64,000 nucleotides of DNA from Plasmodiophora brassicae. Its lineage: Eukaryota. Below, piece after piece: positions 50,474 to 61,584 of this stretch (within the stretch, counting starts at the first letter, position 1; the number at the start of each line of letters is the position of its first letter). The stretch spans positions 186,001-250,000 of the forward strand of contig CP145424.1 of assembly GCA_036867785.1 (NCBI GenBank), read 5' to 3'. The position numbers and the translations under genes were made by a program. Below the pieces are notes generated by a model. It worked only from the letters and a program-made list of their open reading frames with translations. It was not told the DNA's origin and ran no database searches.

Positions 50474-52010
50474 TCGCCCGGCACCACGCGTAGACGCCCA
50501 CGTTCGAGTATGGCATGACGACACGGGCAATACACCTGGCGCTAAGTCGCCCATCATGTTTGAGACGATTCAAGGAATGTAATTGCGAAGCAAAGCGAGC
50601 CCCAACCGCTAGTCTACCGGTACGACGTACCTACATAGATCGCATTGTGATGCACGTCGCCGACACACCTGACGCGAACAATAGCACGTCCGGCGTGAAA
50701 CCGTCTGGATCGTTGACAGCAACGAACAGTGACGCCCGACAGGACTCCGTGTTTCATCTCATGCTGGGTCAGCATCACAGATGGACATTGGACGAACGGA
50801 AGGATACTTCACAGGCCCATAACGGCGCCTGTTGCCCACGTCAAGTTCAAGTTCGATACAGTCCTCGGGCTTCTGATCGGGTATACGTACAGTTGCGCTG
50901 GAGCGGCGCGACTTTATTAGTTTGCGGTTTGCTTTGGCGTCCCCGACGAATCGGATGAAGGACATAGTAAACGACGTACGGCCAGCCTGTAGGCGATTCT
51001 GTATTCGTTTATTCACAAAGTACGAACTGGGCGACGCCCAACGCAGCGACGAATGTGCTGGGCCGGGTCAAGCTGGCGATGCCCGGTCGCCCGGGCACAG
51101 TAACGACACGCGCCGCCCAGTCATAACGGGTCGGGAGTAGGCGACAGTGCGCGTGGTGCCGGAAGCGCCGTGCTGCGTTGTGACGGGGGCACCGCCACAG
51201 GGGGTCGTGGGTGCCCGACCGCGACGCAACATGTCAGGGCGTGGGGGAACTTGTGGGGAACGTCCATGGGCTAGCGGCGACGCGCGCTTGGTAGTGACGC
51301 GAGGACGTCGTTATCAGGCCGGGTGCCCTCGCGGCCTTGCGACTCTGGGCGATGGCGGCCGTCGGGGCCCGTGCTCGTCGGATGCGGCTACGTCGTCGTT
51401 CTCGAACCGGTCGTCGAAGTGGCGTGGGATCGGCCGCGACGAACGCAACCAGCATTAGCAGGAAGGCGTCCGGGACGATTGTCGTCAGATGGTCAACGCG
51501 GCGACGTCCGCCTTTGTCGGGCACGCGGGCTTCCTCGTACGTAGACGGTTTCAGCGGCAGCGTCAACGACGGCGGCGGCCAGGTTATTCTGCTCGTTCGG
51601 CCAGGAACGCGACGCCCCGGGCCGAGACCGAGAGCGGCGCCCCGTGCAGGTACGTTTCGACCGTTGCCGGCCGGATCGCCGTACCCAGGACGTGCATTCA
51701 CCGACGCCGGCGAACGGACAGCCAGAACGTCGGGTCACGCCAGGGCGGCATCAGGCACGGCACGGTCAGGCCGCCACCGCCTCGCACCAGCAGCAGCGGC
51801 CTGACCTTCCATCCGCCCGGACTCCGTGTCTGTCGTCGCCGCCTGGTGCTAAACATAGCGTCTCCCTGTCAGGGACCACGGCGTTGCGGTGGCCGCGGAC
51901 TGCGCAGGCGGCCTGGACCGGGCTGGACTGCGCGCCCGGCCGGTCGGCTTGTCATTCCACAAACCGTTGCGTTTGCGTTGCGCCCATTCCTGCCCAAAGA
52001 CGTCAAGACC

Positions 52011-53246
52011 ATGCTGCGCATGCTGCTTCTGGCCGCTGTCGCCGTCGTGTCCCTGGTCGCTGCGCAAGATCTCAGGGCTGCCGTCGTGTTCACCGACGTT
52101 AAGTTGGACGACAAGGTGGCGGTGAACTATCTGAGGTACTCCGGCGACTACTACCTCGTGATTGTGGTGATCACCTGCGTTGCTGACGTTCAACGCGCGC
52201 ACGGCGACCTGCGCGACTTCCTGGACAAGGTCGCGGAACGCAAGGGCTCCTCGTCAGCGTCTAGTGCACCAGCGGAGGTGTTCGTAATGAGCGTCGCGAA
52301 TCCGAAACACAAAGCCGTCCGGCATGAGAAGAACTTCCTCGGCAATGGAATTGAAACTCTACCGTTCGACCATATCGACGATTGGTTCCAGGAGCCCACC
52401 GTCGTGGACATCTTCCAGATCGCGCCGACTCCGATGGACAACATCGTTCGCGTTTCTAACGCGAGAAATGTGCACGTTGGCCTGTACCATCTGAGCTTCG
52501 GGTACTGCTCGTCGCAGTACGACGCGTTCGGGAATTCGGACCCTAATGCCCAGAAGGTATTCGTGACCAGCATCGGGGACGAGATCCGCAGTCAGCACCC
52601 CAACGCCATCGTCGTGTTCTGCAGCAACAAGCAGTCGTTCAACCCGCCGGGATCCGGCAGCTACCAGCCGTACGCGACCATGAAGGACCTCCTGCCTGAA
52701 GACCACCTGGAGGCCGACCTGAAAGAAACGTTCCTAGCCGACAAGGTCCTGGAAGCCGGGCAGGTCCTGCAGTACTGGGGCGTGCCCATCAGAACTCCCC
52801 TGTTCCCGAGCATACCTGAGTATAAGACCAAAAAGGAACTGCACGATCTGTTCCTGATGACGCGCAAGAACGATCCCAGCACCACGGGAAGCGGGCTTCG
52901 CGAGCACTTCCGCGCGTATCTCGAGGAAGCCATTCCCAAACTGGAGGAATTGTCCTACTGGAAGCGCCTTGACACGAACCTGTTCAGGCGTTTGCGACAG
53001 GACGTTCGCCCGGTTTTCGATGATGATGCGGAAATGCAAATCCTGATCAGCGATGGCAACCAAGTAGCTGCCGTCATCGACGCCGTGTATCAGAACAGTG
53101 GCACCCTGAAAAACATGCGCCTCGTTGGTAATGACAGGGACATGGTCTACGAACTCGCTCCCAGTGAAGAAGATACCGACGACAAAATGATATACGGCGC
53201 GTCCCGCGAACGTTGCCTCGACCTGTTGCGTCCCACCTTGCAGTGA
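52011..53246 (+). CDS. Secreted protein paralog 2, divergent nucleoside-hydrolase-like
   Basis: Identical signal peptide and motif; colinear with paralog 1. Confidence 0.8.
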   Translation: MLRMLLLAAVAVVSLVAAQDLRAAVVFTDVKLDDKVAVNYLRYSGDYYLVIVVITCVADVQRAHGDLRDFLDKVAERKGSSSASSAPAEVFVMSVANPKHKAVRHEKNFLGNGIETLPFDHIDDWFQEPTVVDIFQIAPTPMDNIVRVSNARNVHVGLYHLSFGYCSSQYDAFGNSDPNAQKVFVTSIGDEIRSQHPNAIVVFCSNKQSFNPPGSGSYQPYATMKDLLPEDHLEADLKETFLADKVLEAGQVLQYWGVPIRTPLFPSIPEYKTKKELHDLFLMTRKNDPSTTGSGLREHFRAYLEEAIPKLEELSYWKRLDTNLFRRLRQDVRPVFDDDAEMQILISDGNQVAAVIDAVYQNSGTLKNMRLVGNDRDMVYELAPSEEDTDDKMIYGASRERCLDLLRPTLQ

Positions 53247-53794
53247 GTTGCCCGACAACGCACACGACGTCAACGCCCACGTTCGGGTATGGCATGACAA
53301 TACACCTTGGCGCTGAGCCGCCCTTTGCCTGGAATTAAACGTACGTACTGCAGAGGAACGGCACGAGTTGGCGCGCGGGCGAGCAACGACGTGTTCGCCG
53401 ATGGCCGGGCGTTGCAGAGCACGTCTGGTCGTCGTTTGGTGCTGACGACGTATCGAGCGCGACACGAACGGTACAGCTGGACGATCTCAGAAGGCATCGA
53501 TTCAATGGTGTCGACGGCGCGCACGCGCCCTCCATTGGCGGTCCCCTGATGGCGACGCGAACTGACAAAGTACGTTGACGCAGACCTGGGGCAACGTGTT
53601 CGATAAGCGCCGACCGCATGCAGCGCCACCGCGTCGCTCGCTGCTCTGCCTACCTTCATAGTCGATATGTGCCCGTGCCCTCTGTACACGAGGGGGTCTG
53701 TTGCGACCGGCCCCACCCAGACCCGCTCTAACGAACGCGTCCGATCGGGCCACGGTGGCGATCGGGGCACCTTGTATGAATACGCATTAAGATA

Positions 53795-55789
53795 TTATAG
53801 CTTGGTGATCATTCGTTGCAGGTCGCGGTCGGCCTGGGCGAGCTCGTGGGGCACGCGGGCGCCGCTGTCGACGAGGATCTTGCGCAGGCCCGGGAACAGG
53901 TCGGCATCGCTGCTGGTCAGGAACGTGGTGGCCCGGCCCTGCTTCCCGGCCCGGCCCGTTCGCCCGACCCGATGCAGGTAGATCTCCGTGTTCTTCGGCG
54001 CGTCGTAGTTGATGACGTGGGTGACGCCCTCGACGTCGATACCGCGGCCGGCGACATCGGTCGCCACCAGGACGTCGTACCGGCCGGACTTGAACCCGTC
54101 CAGGCTCGCCTCGCGCTGGTCCTGCACCTTGCCGCCGTGCATGACGGTCACCCGGTACCCGGCCTGCGACAACGTCTTCGCCATGGCGTCGCACGCCGTC
54201 CTCTGATTCATGAAGACGATGATGGGCGGGTCGGACTGCTCCAGGAGCTTCATCAGGCGGCCCTTCTTCGCCTGGTCCGTCACGACCTCGACGTGCTGCT
54301 CGATCGTGGCGGCCGCCTTGCCCTGCCGGTCACCGATGGCGATGTACGCCGGCGACCGCAGGTACGTCTTGGCCATGCGTTCGACCTCGGCCGGCATCGT
54401 CGCCGAGAACATGAACGTCTGCCGGTACACCTGGTCCTGGACGGCCAGCGTCTCGTCCTCGGGCCTCAGGTTGCTCGACGGCATGGCGTCCATGATGGCG
54501 TTGACCTGGTCCTCGAACCCCATATCGATCATGCGGTCGGCCTCGTCCAGCACGATGTAATTGCACTGGTTCAGCACCAGGTACCGCTTGCGCAGGTGGT
54601 CGTTCAGGCGCCCGGGCGTCCCGATCAAGATCTCGGCGCCGCGACGGATCGCCTCGCTCTGGTCCTGGATCGACGCGCCGCCCACGATACAGATCGTCTG
54701 CAGGCGCAGGCGCGTCGTGAACTTCCGGCACTCGTCGTCGATCTGCTGGGCGAGCTCCCGCGTCGGCGCCAGGATGACCGCGTACGGCCCGTCCTGCGCC
54801 CGATCCGCATCGTACTTGGGCCGCTTCAGGATGTACTGCAGCATCGGCAGGATGAAGGCGCAGGTCTTGCCCGATCCCGTCTCCGCAATGCCCATCAGGT
54901 CCCGGCCGATCAGGCCGATCGGGATCGCCGCCCGCTGGATTGGGGTCGGCTGCGTGTACCCGACGTCGGCCAGCGCCGTCGCGATCGCCGCCGGGAACCC
55001 GGCTTCGTCCCAGGAGCGTAACGGGTGCGGCAGGTTCGTCCCACGAACGGCGATGTTGAAGTCCTCGTTGAAGATGCGCCAGTCGCGTGCGTCCATCTCC
55101 TCCAGCGTCTTATCCGACCAGTGCCGACTGGCCGCCACCCGCTTCTCCGCCTTCAGGCGGTCCTTCTCGTTGCGGGCGGCGACCTTCTCGGCGTCCTTGA
55201 CCTTGTCGAGGAACTCCCTGCGCTTCTCATCGATCTGCTCGTAGAGCCGATGCGACTGGCTGCGCTGCTGCTCCCGGTCGATGCCGGCAATGTACCCGCG
55301 GCCGAAGCCCAGGGCGACATCGTGCCGCCGGTTGTACAACGGGTTCAGGTCCGCGCTGGTGTCCTCGCCAGTGTCCCATTCGAACATGAATTTGGATCGG
55401 GACGCGCCCGTCGCACGACGCTTCTTCTTCTTCTCCTTCTTGCCCAGGTACGACGACTTGATCAGGGCCATCTCCTTCGACCGCGCCTCCTCGGCGGCGA
55501 TCTCCGCTGCAGACAGCGTCGTGGCGGATGGTAGTGGTGGTGGCGCCGAGGCTGACACGGCCCTGTCCGGTACGCGACCGTTGGTCTGCTGCCGCGCTTC
55601 CGCTTCCGCCTGCCGTTTCGCCGACAACCGCGCCAGGGCCGCCTCGGCCGCCAGGCGCTGCCGCTCCTGCTTCGACACGAACACGGGCTTGGCGTCCGCC
55701 TCCTCCTGCTCACGTTTCTTACGCGCAATCTCGTCCAGCGATATCGGCGCGCGCTTCTGCCCCGTGATGGGCAGCGACACGGACGACAT
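53795..55789 (-). CDS. PRP28: Pre-mRNA splicing DEAD-box helicase PRP28/DDX23
   Basis: KFMFEWD..EDTS, HWSDKTLEEMDARDWRIF.EDFNI, AETGSGKT, DEAD, SAT, HRVGRTGRAG. Confidence 0.97.
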   Translation of the reverse strand: MSSVSLPITGQKRAPISLDEIARKKREQEEADAKPVFVSKQERQRLAAEAALARLSAKRQAEAEARQQTNGRVPDRAVSASAPPPLPSATTLSAAEIAAEEARSKEMALIKSSYLGKKEKKKKRRATGASRSKFMFEWDTGEDTSADLNPLYNRRHDVALGFGRGYIAGIDREQQRSQSHRLYEQIDEKRREFLDKVKDAEKVAARNEKDRLKAEKRVAASRHWSDKTLEEMDARDWRIFNEDFNIAVRGTNLPHPLRSWDEAGFPAAIATALADVGYTQPTPIQRAAIPIGLIGRDLMGIAETGSGKTCAFILPMLQYILKRPKYDADRAQDGPYAVILAPTRELAQQIDDECRKFTTRLRLQTICIVGGASIQDQSEAIRRGAEILIGTPGRLNDHLRKRYLVLNQCNYIVLDEADRMIDMGFEDQVNAIMDAMPSSNLRPEDETLAVQDQVYRQTFMFSATMPAEVERMAKTYLRSPAYIAIGDRQGKAAATIEQHVEVVTDQAKKGRLMKLLEQSDPPIIVFMNQRTACDAMAKTLSQAGYRVTVMHGGKVQDQREASLDGFKSGRYDVLVATDVAGRGIDVEGVTHVINYDAPKNTEIYLHRVGRTGRAGKQGRATTFLTSSDADLFPGLRKILVDSGARVPHELAQADRDLQRMITKL

Positions 55790-55989
55790 GACGCGACGTG
55801 CGACAACGACGACGACGACGGGTCTCGGACACCGTCGCGGACTCCGTGGGGACCCTTAAGTCCGTACCTACCTGCTCGCGCTGAAGCGTCCCAGGCCGGT
55901 GCGTGCGCGCAGCCTGAAATCCGTTTACTGCATAGCCGGGATCGCCGGGTACCCGCCCAGTGTGGTCGCAGCGCCCCCGCCCTGGCCGC

Positions 55990-58731
55990 ATGCTGGACGT
56001 GCACAGGATCAAGGTGGGCGCCGGCCCCGTCCCAGAGCCCGACCCGGACGACGGCCCGTCCGCGAATCGCTCCATGCCGAATTACACGGCCGAGCCGGAC
56101 CCGAACGATCTGGTGTATGCCGACGAAAGGTATGCTGCGTGGCGGATGCGACGCGGTGGCCTACGTACGCGTGACACGACAGATGCAACGTAGGACGGTG
56201 GGCCCCTACTGGACGCTGGCCACGGTCGTCGTGCTATTGATAGCAGCGAACGCGGCCTACTGGATAGAGGTCGTCCTGGCAGGTCGGGTCATCCGCTCCC
56301 TGTCCAGCTGCCAGCACTCAGGCTTTCGTTCGTTCAGTTCTGCTCGGTCGAGCCTACGACACGACGATCCCGACGACCTCGCGCACCTGGTCTCGGGTCC
56401 TCATCATCCTCTTTGTCCTGTATCGCACCGCCGCCATCCGGTTCCGACGATTACAAACGTCAACGCGCATCTACCAGGACCGTCTGGTATTGAGGTTCGC
56501 TGATGGCCACATCGTCAGCGTGTTCACTCAGGTTGGGCGCCTGCTGGCGCTGTACAACCGTCGCGACTAACGGCCCCTGCGTACGCAGGACATCGTGCGA
56601 ATCCGCCAGGAAGGGTCGACTCTCCGCGTGGAGACGCGCGTCGTCGTCGGCATCAGGTCGAACGGGCGCAAGACGATCTGGAAGATCTCATCCAAGGCCA
56701 GCGAAGCTCTCGCCAGGAACCAGCCGCACAACGTCGGGCCAGCACACCGGGCCCTAGCCATTGCTCACCGTCTCCGATACAGGTCCGCGTGTACACCGGC
56801 GACATCCATCGCGTCATGCAGGCCATGATGAACGCCTGGGACATCGTCTTCGACAAACGGTGCTCCTGCAGTGGCCGCCGCGTCGCAATGGCTTGCTTGC
56901 TGACGACGACCGCACCTGCGATCAGGTATTCGCTGCGGCCGCAGGACATCCTGCCGAAGCCGGCGTTTCCTCGGCGACGCCTGGCACTGCCGGCCCAGTC
57001 CGGGTCGCCTCCCATCGTGCTACGTCGGTTCGTGATGATCTGGTAGGGAGCAGCAGCAGCGCCCAGATCGATCGGTATCTGGATGTAACTGGCTCCCTCA
57101 GCCTGGCGCTGATTACCAGCCATTACCTGCTGGTCGTCGTTCGGCAGCTGCTGGGGCTCTACGTCGGCGCCGCTGCCACGTCAACAGAATGCGTCCTGCA
57201 GGGCACGGGTTTGGACACGGCACGCCTAGGCATCGCACGCTGTTCGTTCATGCCGATCCCGCAGCGGTGAACGGAACCTGCACGACGACGTTCTTCGAGT
57301 ACTACGACCTGTTCATCGGCGCCTTCGTCGTCACGTTCATCGTCAATCAGTGCTGGGCGCACGTCGCCCAGCAGGTCGACCTGTTCAACGACCGCATACG
57401 CGTCCAGGTTCACACGCTGCACGCCCAGCATTGTTGGTCGGTCTGACGGTCATCGCCGCAGACGCGATCGGGCCTATTCATCAACGTGCTGCTGCGCGAC
57501 ATCCGATACATTCGATTCTGCCGCCCGGACCCGCTGGTGGCCCCCGGCGCCCTGACAGTGTACACCACCCAGTACCATACGTGCCGGCAAGGCCCCCGGG
57601 ACCTGCACGCGACACTCACCGTCGTCAGGGGCAACGAAGGCGCGTTCGCACGCCGAACCTGGGTGTGCGCCTGTCCACTGAGCGCGGTGCGCCCTGCAGG
57701 GTACGCTCCCGTCGGATGCGCGCCGCATCGCCTGCTTCGCCTGCTGGATGGGGCCTTCCACCCGCTGATCCTGCTGTCCAAGGACGACCTGGCCCTGCTG
57801 GAGGCGACCTTGACCGACCTGCGTCGGACGACCTGCACCGCCATGGGCGATTACGAACAGGAGATGGCACGAGTTCAGGCCGAGGAGGCCGCCCTGCGCA
57901 AGGTCAACAAAGTCTTCCGCCTCAAGCGCCCACGCCGCCCTGAACTGCCCGCCTTCATCTACGAATACGTCCGACCGAGTCAGGGAGACGCGCGTTCCTG
58001 TGGCGTCCCGCCCGGTCGGTAACGTGTGTGGTCCAGGTCGGGTCCTGAACGACGACACGTGGCTGGAGCTGAGGACGATCTTTGACGGGTACAAGACGGA
58101 CGTGCGGAACGGCGTCCATCGTGCTCGTCATGTGCTCGCCAGCCTGCAGGCGGCCCTGACCGGGCGCGCGCTGGACGATCGCACGTCCGAGCAGGCCCAC
58201 GCCGACGATATCAGGATAGTGAACGCGCACGAACTGATTGAGGTTCACGCCGGAAGCGCGCCGGTGCCCGTGCAGGCCAGCCCTGCGTTCGCAATGGCCC
58301 CGTTCCTGGTTGCGTCGCAGGCCGCCACACCCGCCTACGTCCTCGTACCTGCGCCCGTCGTTATCGTCGACCCTCAACAGCAGCAGCAGGCAGACCCGCC
58401 GCAGGCAGCGCACGTTCACCCTGTTCCAGGACAACCAGGCAAGGACCGCGCCGAGGACGCGTCGTCGAGGCACAGCGGGTCGGGAAAGAGCAGGTCCCGG
58501 GTCGCACCCGAGGAGGCCCGCAACGAGGACGGCGAGCTCCCCCAGGTAAACGCGACGGGCAACGTGGCCCCCGACCGTCCGACGCTGACATGAACGGGTT
58601 CGGCGCAGATGGACCCGCCCAGCAGGAAGCTGCCGGCGCTGCGCGCCTGGGGCGCCCCCCTCAAGGGCAAGCCGTCCAAATATGCGGCCGCGCACGCCGA
58701 CCCCGACCAGGACGCCTCCGACGATTCGTAA
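55990..58731 (+). CDS. Hypothetical multi-exon membrane protein (could be two genes)
   Basis: Series of coding-like segments with TM stretches separated by short GT-AG introns; family not recognised. Confidence 0.4.
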
Positions 58732-59003
58732 AAAAGGAGCTGGCTCCCAGAAAGAGCACGGCTCGGCGCAGGACCTGTCGCGCACACCGACCCGGTGCAG
58801 CTGCCCGTGTGGCACTCTGCGCTGCAGTAGAGTGCCGTGGGGGCGCGGCCGTGTCGCCGTCAACCGGACCGGACCGCGCGATGCGTTTTTGTGGGGTCGG
58901 GTCGGAGGTTGGTGCGGCCCCCTCCCCCCGTTGTCACCGTTGTCGTTCGCCAGGACTGTAGAGGAGGAGCCCGTCGTGGTCGTCCCCCGCCGCGATAGGA
59001 CGG

Positions 59004-60453
59004 ATGGATCGCGTGCGCCAGGTCGGCGGGCACGTCGTCGCGTCCGATGCGGCGGCGTCGTCGTTTCCGTGCGTCGCCTCGGAGTACTTTGCGTTCGACG
59101 AGCTGCTGGCGCCGGCCGAGCGCGCCCTGCGCGCCACGGTTCGCGCGTTCGCCGAGACGTACGTGCTGCCCCGCGCCGCCCGATGCTGGGAGAAGGCCGA
59201 GTTCCCGCACGACCTGCTGCCCGCCATCGCCAAACTCGGCATCTGCGGCTCGACCGTCAAGGGGTTCGGTTCACCCGGGTTATCCCACATGGCCAACGTT
59301 GCCGTAGGGACGCGCTCGGGACGCTCCCCCGCGTACGGTCTGACGTGGGGCGCCGCGTGACACAGATTCTCCTGGAGCTGGCCCGGGTCGACACGTCGCT
59401 GTCGACGTTCTTCCTGGTGCACAACTGCCTGGCGATCCAGTCGATTGCGCTGTGCGCGTCGGACGAGCAGAAGCAGCGGTACCTGCCGGCGATGATTCGC
59501 CTCGACAAGGTCGGGTGCTTCGCGCTGACCGAGCCCGAGCGCGGATCCGACGCCAGCAGTCTGCTGTCGACCGCCAAGCCCGTCGAGGGTGGCTGGGTGC
59601 TCAATGGGCGGAAGCGCTGGATTGGCAATGCCACGTTCGCCGACGTGTTCATCGTCTGGGCGAAGCACGCCGAGACGGGCGCCGTCCTCGGTTTCGTTGT
59701 CGACAAGGGGTCCCCGGGGTTGTCTGCGACGAAGATCGAGAACAAGATCTCGCTGCGCATTGTTCAGAACGGCGACATTGTCATGAAGGACGTCTTCGTG
59801 CCTGAGAAGTTCGATGCGCACCCCCTTGCCCAGCTCCGTTTGCGTCACCTGACTTGTATTGCTCAGGAACCGCCTGCCCAAGGCGAAGGATTTCGCATCG
59901 GGGCCGGGCCAGGCACTGACGGTGTCGCGCGTAATGGTCGCCTGGCAGCCTGTGGGTATTGCCATGGGCATCTATGACCACTGCCTGCAGTACTGCAAGC
60001 GTCGCGAGCAATTCGGGGCACCGCTGGCCGCGTTCCAGCTGAACCAGGAGAAGCTGGCGCGGATGCTGGGCACGATACAGGGCATGATCTACATGGGCCT
60101 GCGTATGAGCCAGCTGTACACGGCCGGGAAATTGACCCCTGGTCATGCGTCGTTGACCAAGGCCATGAACTCGCTGCGCGGTCGGGAAGTCGCCCACCTC
60201 GGCCGTGAGCTTCTCGGCGGCAACGGAATCGACGGCTCGTACCACGTCGCACGCCTGTTCTGCGACATGGAGAGCATCTACACCTACGAAGGTATGCCTG
60301 TGTGGCAGGTACGCGCCCGGTGGTATGCTGAACGTGCGATCAGGGACGTACGACATCAACATGCTCGTCGCGGGCCGCGAGATCACCGGTATGCCAGCAT
60401 TCAAGGCGTCGTACAAACCCAAATCGAAACGGAACCCGCCGCCTCACAAATAG
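59004..60453 (+). CDS. Acyl-CoA dehydrogenase-fold enzyme, ACX4/glutaryl-CoA dehydrogenase-like (multi-exon)
   Basis: [76 protein letters not shown]. Confidence 0.93.
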
Positions 60454-60706
60454 CCCGAGAACGCAACGGGTGGCCGTGAATTTCGACCATTATACACGAG
60501 CCTTGCGTATCTGGATCGGGGGGGCAGGTTCTGGCGCACAGCCTTGTGCGTCGGCAGCGTTGGCAACAAATCGTTGGTGTCGTTAGGGCTTACGCCGAGG
60601 AGAATGTAGATCTGCACTGAAGCCGACGATGTCGGAGAGTAGCCGATCAGGCAGACGGTAAGCGGCGTTGACGCTAAAGGTTGTGTCTCTGACCATGGGA
60701 CACGAG

Positions 60707-61529
60707 TATAGCTCTGTATTTTTTTTATTTGTATTATTCACCTGCTGTATAATACACATATAATACACGGTCTACGAAATATTATACAGCGATAAAATAC
60801 ACCCTGTGCCTATATATAGTGCCGACCACTGATGGGGGCCCGATTCTGTGCTAGCTGAAGCCATGCAGTACCGGCCGGCGTTGATATGGGCGCAAATCGA
60901 CGATAACCATCTATCTACGCTGGCGTCGCTACTGGTGAAGATCCACAACCTCGTTACTAATGCCGCCGGTGGTGAGCGAAACCATAAGGCAGCGAAGCGG
61001 GTCCATTCGGCAACACGAGCCAGCTTGCAAGGGGCGTCTGTGATGAAGCAGACAGCTGTTGCATTCAATGCAAAGCCGCTGTTGAAAGAAATCAGTATGA
61101 CGCGTTCCGATGACGCGTTTGTACAGAGGCTGTCCGCCTGTGGATCAGGGTCATTGTATTCGCAACGCGCTGCAGCAGACGAAGAAGCTCTCAATCTTGT
61201 TTTTGAGGACGAGGACGAGGATGAGGAGCTTGTCGGTCTCTCTGTCGAAAGCGTCATCGATCCTGCCACCGATATTGGGCTGGATAGCATCATCGCCCTT
61301 GATGCTGCGGAAGACATCGAGCTGTTCGAGCCGATGACAACTTGATCAGAACGCGCGAGATAACTGCCCTGAGCGTCTGAGGCCCTGATCCATCTCGGAA
61401 TGAATACAAACATCTTTGAATGCATTTCCAATAGGCTGTATTAAATACCTGTATTATTCACCAGTATTATACAGGTATTATACACTTTTTGTATTATACA
61501 GGACCTCGGGTGTATTATACAGAGCCATA
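60707..61529 (+). mobile_element. Non-autonomous hAT DNA transposon (823 bp)
   Basis: TIR TAT(A/G)GCTCTGTAT, 8-bp TSD GACACGAG (60699-60706, 61530-61537), subterminal TGTATTAT repeats, and internal ORF 60848-61345 with a dimerisation-domain remnant (TNAAGGERNHK...VHSATRASL). Confidence 0.92.
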
Positions 61530-61584
61530 GACACGAGGCTCGCGGAGTCCGCCGCGGACTCCGCCACGTCCGAAGGGCCTCAGG

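Noticed and set aside
51489-52010. N-terminal extension of the 585-aa ORF (and 49145-49207 for paralog 1)
   Set aside because: Paralog alignment and the signal peptide place the true starts at 52011 and 49208.
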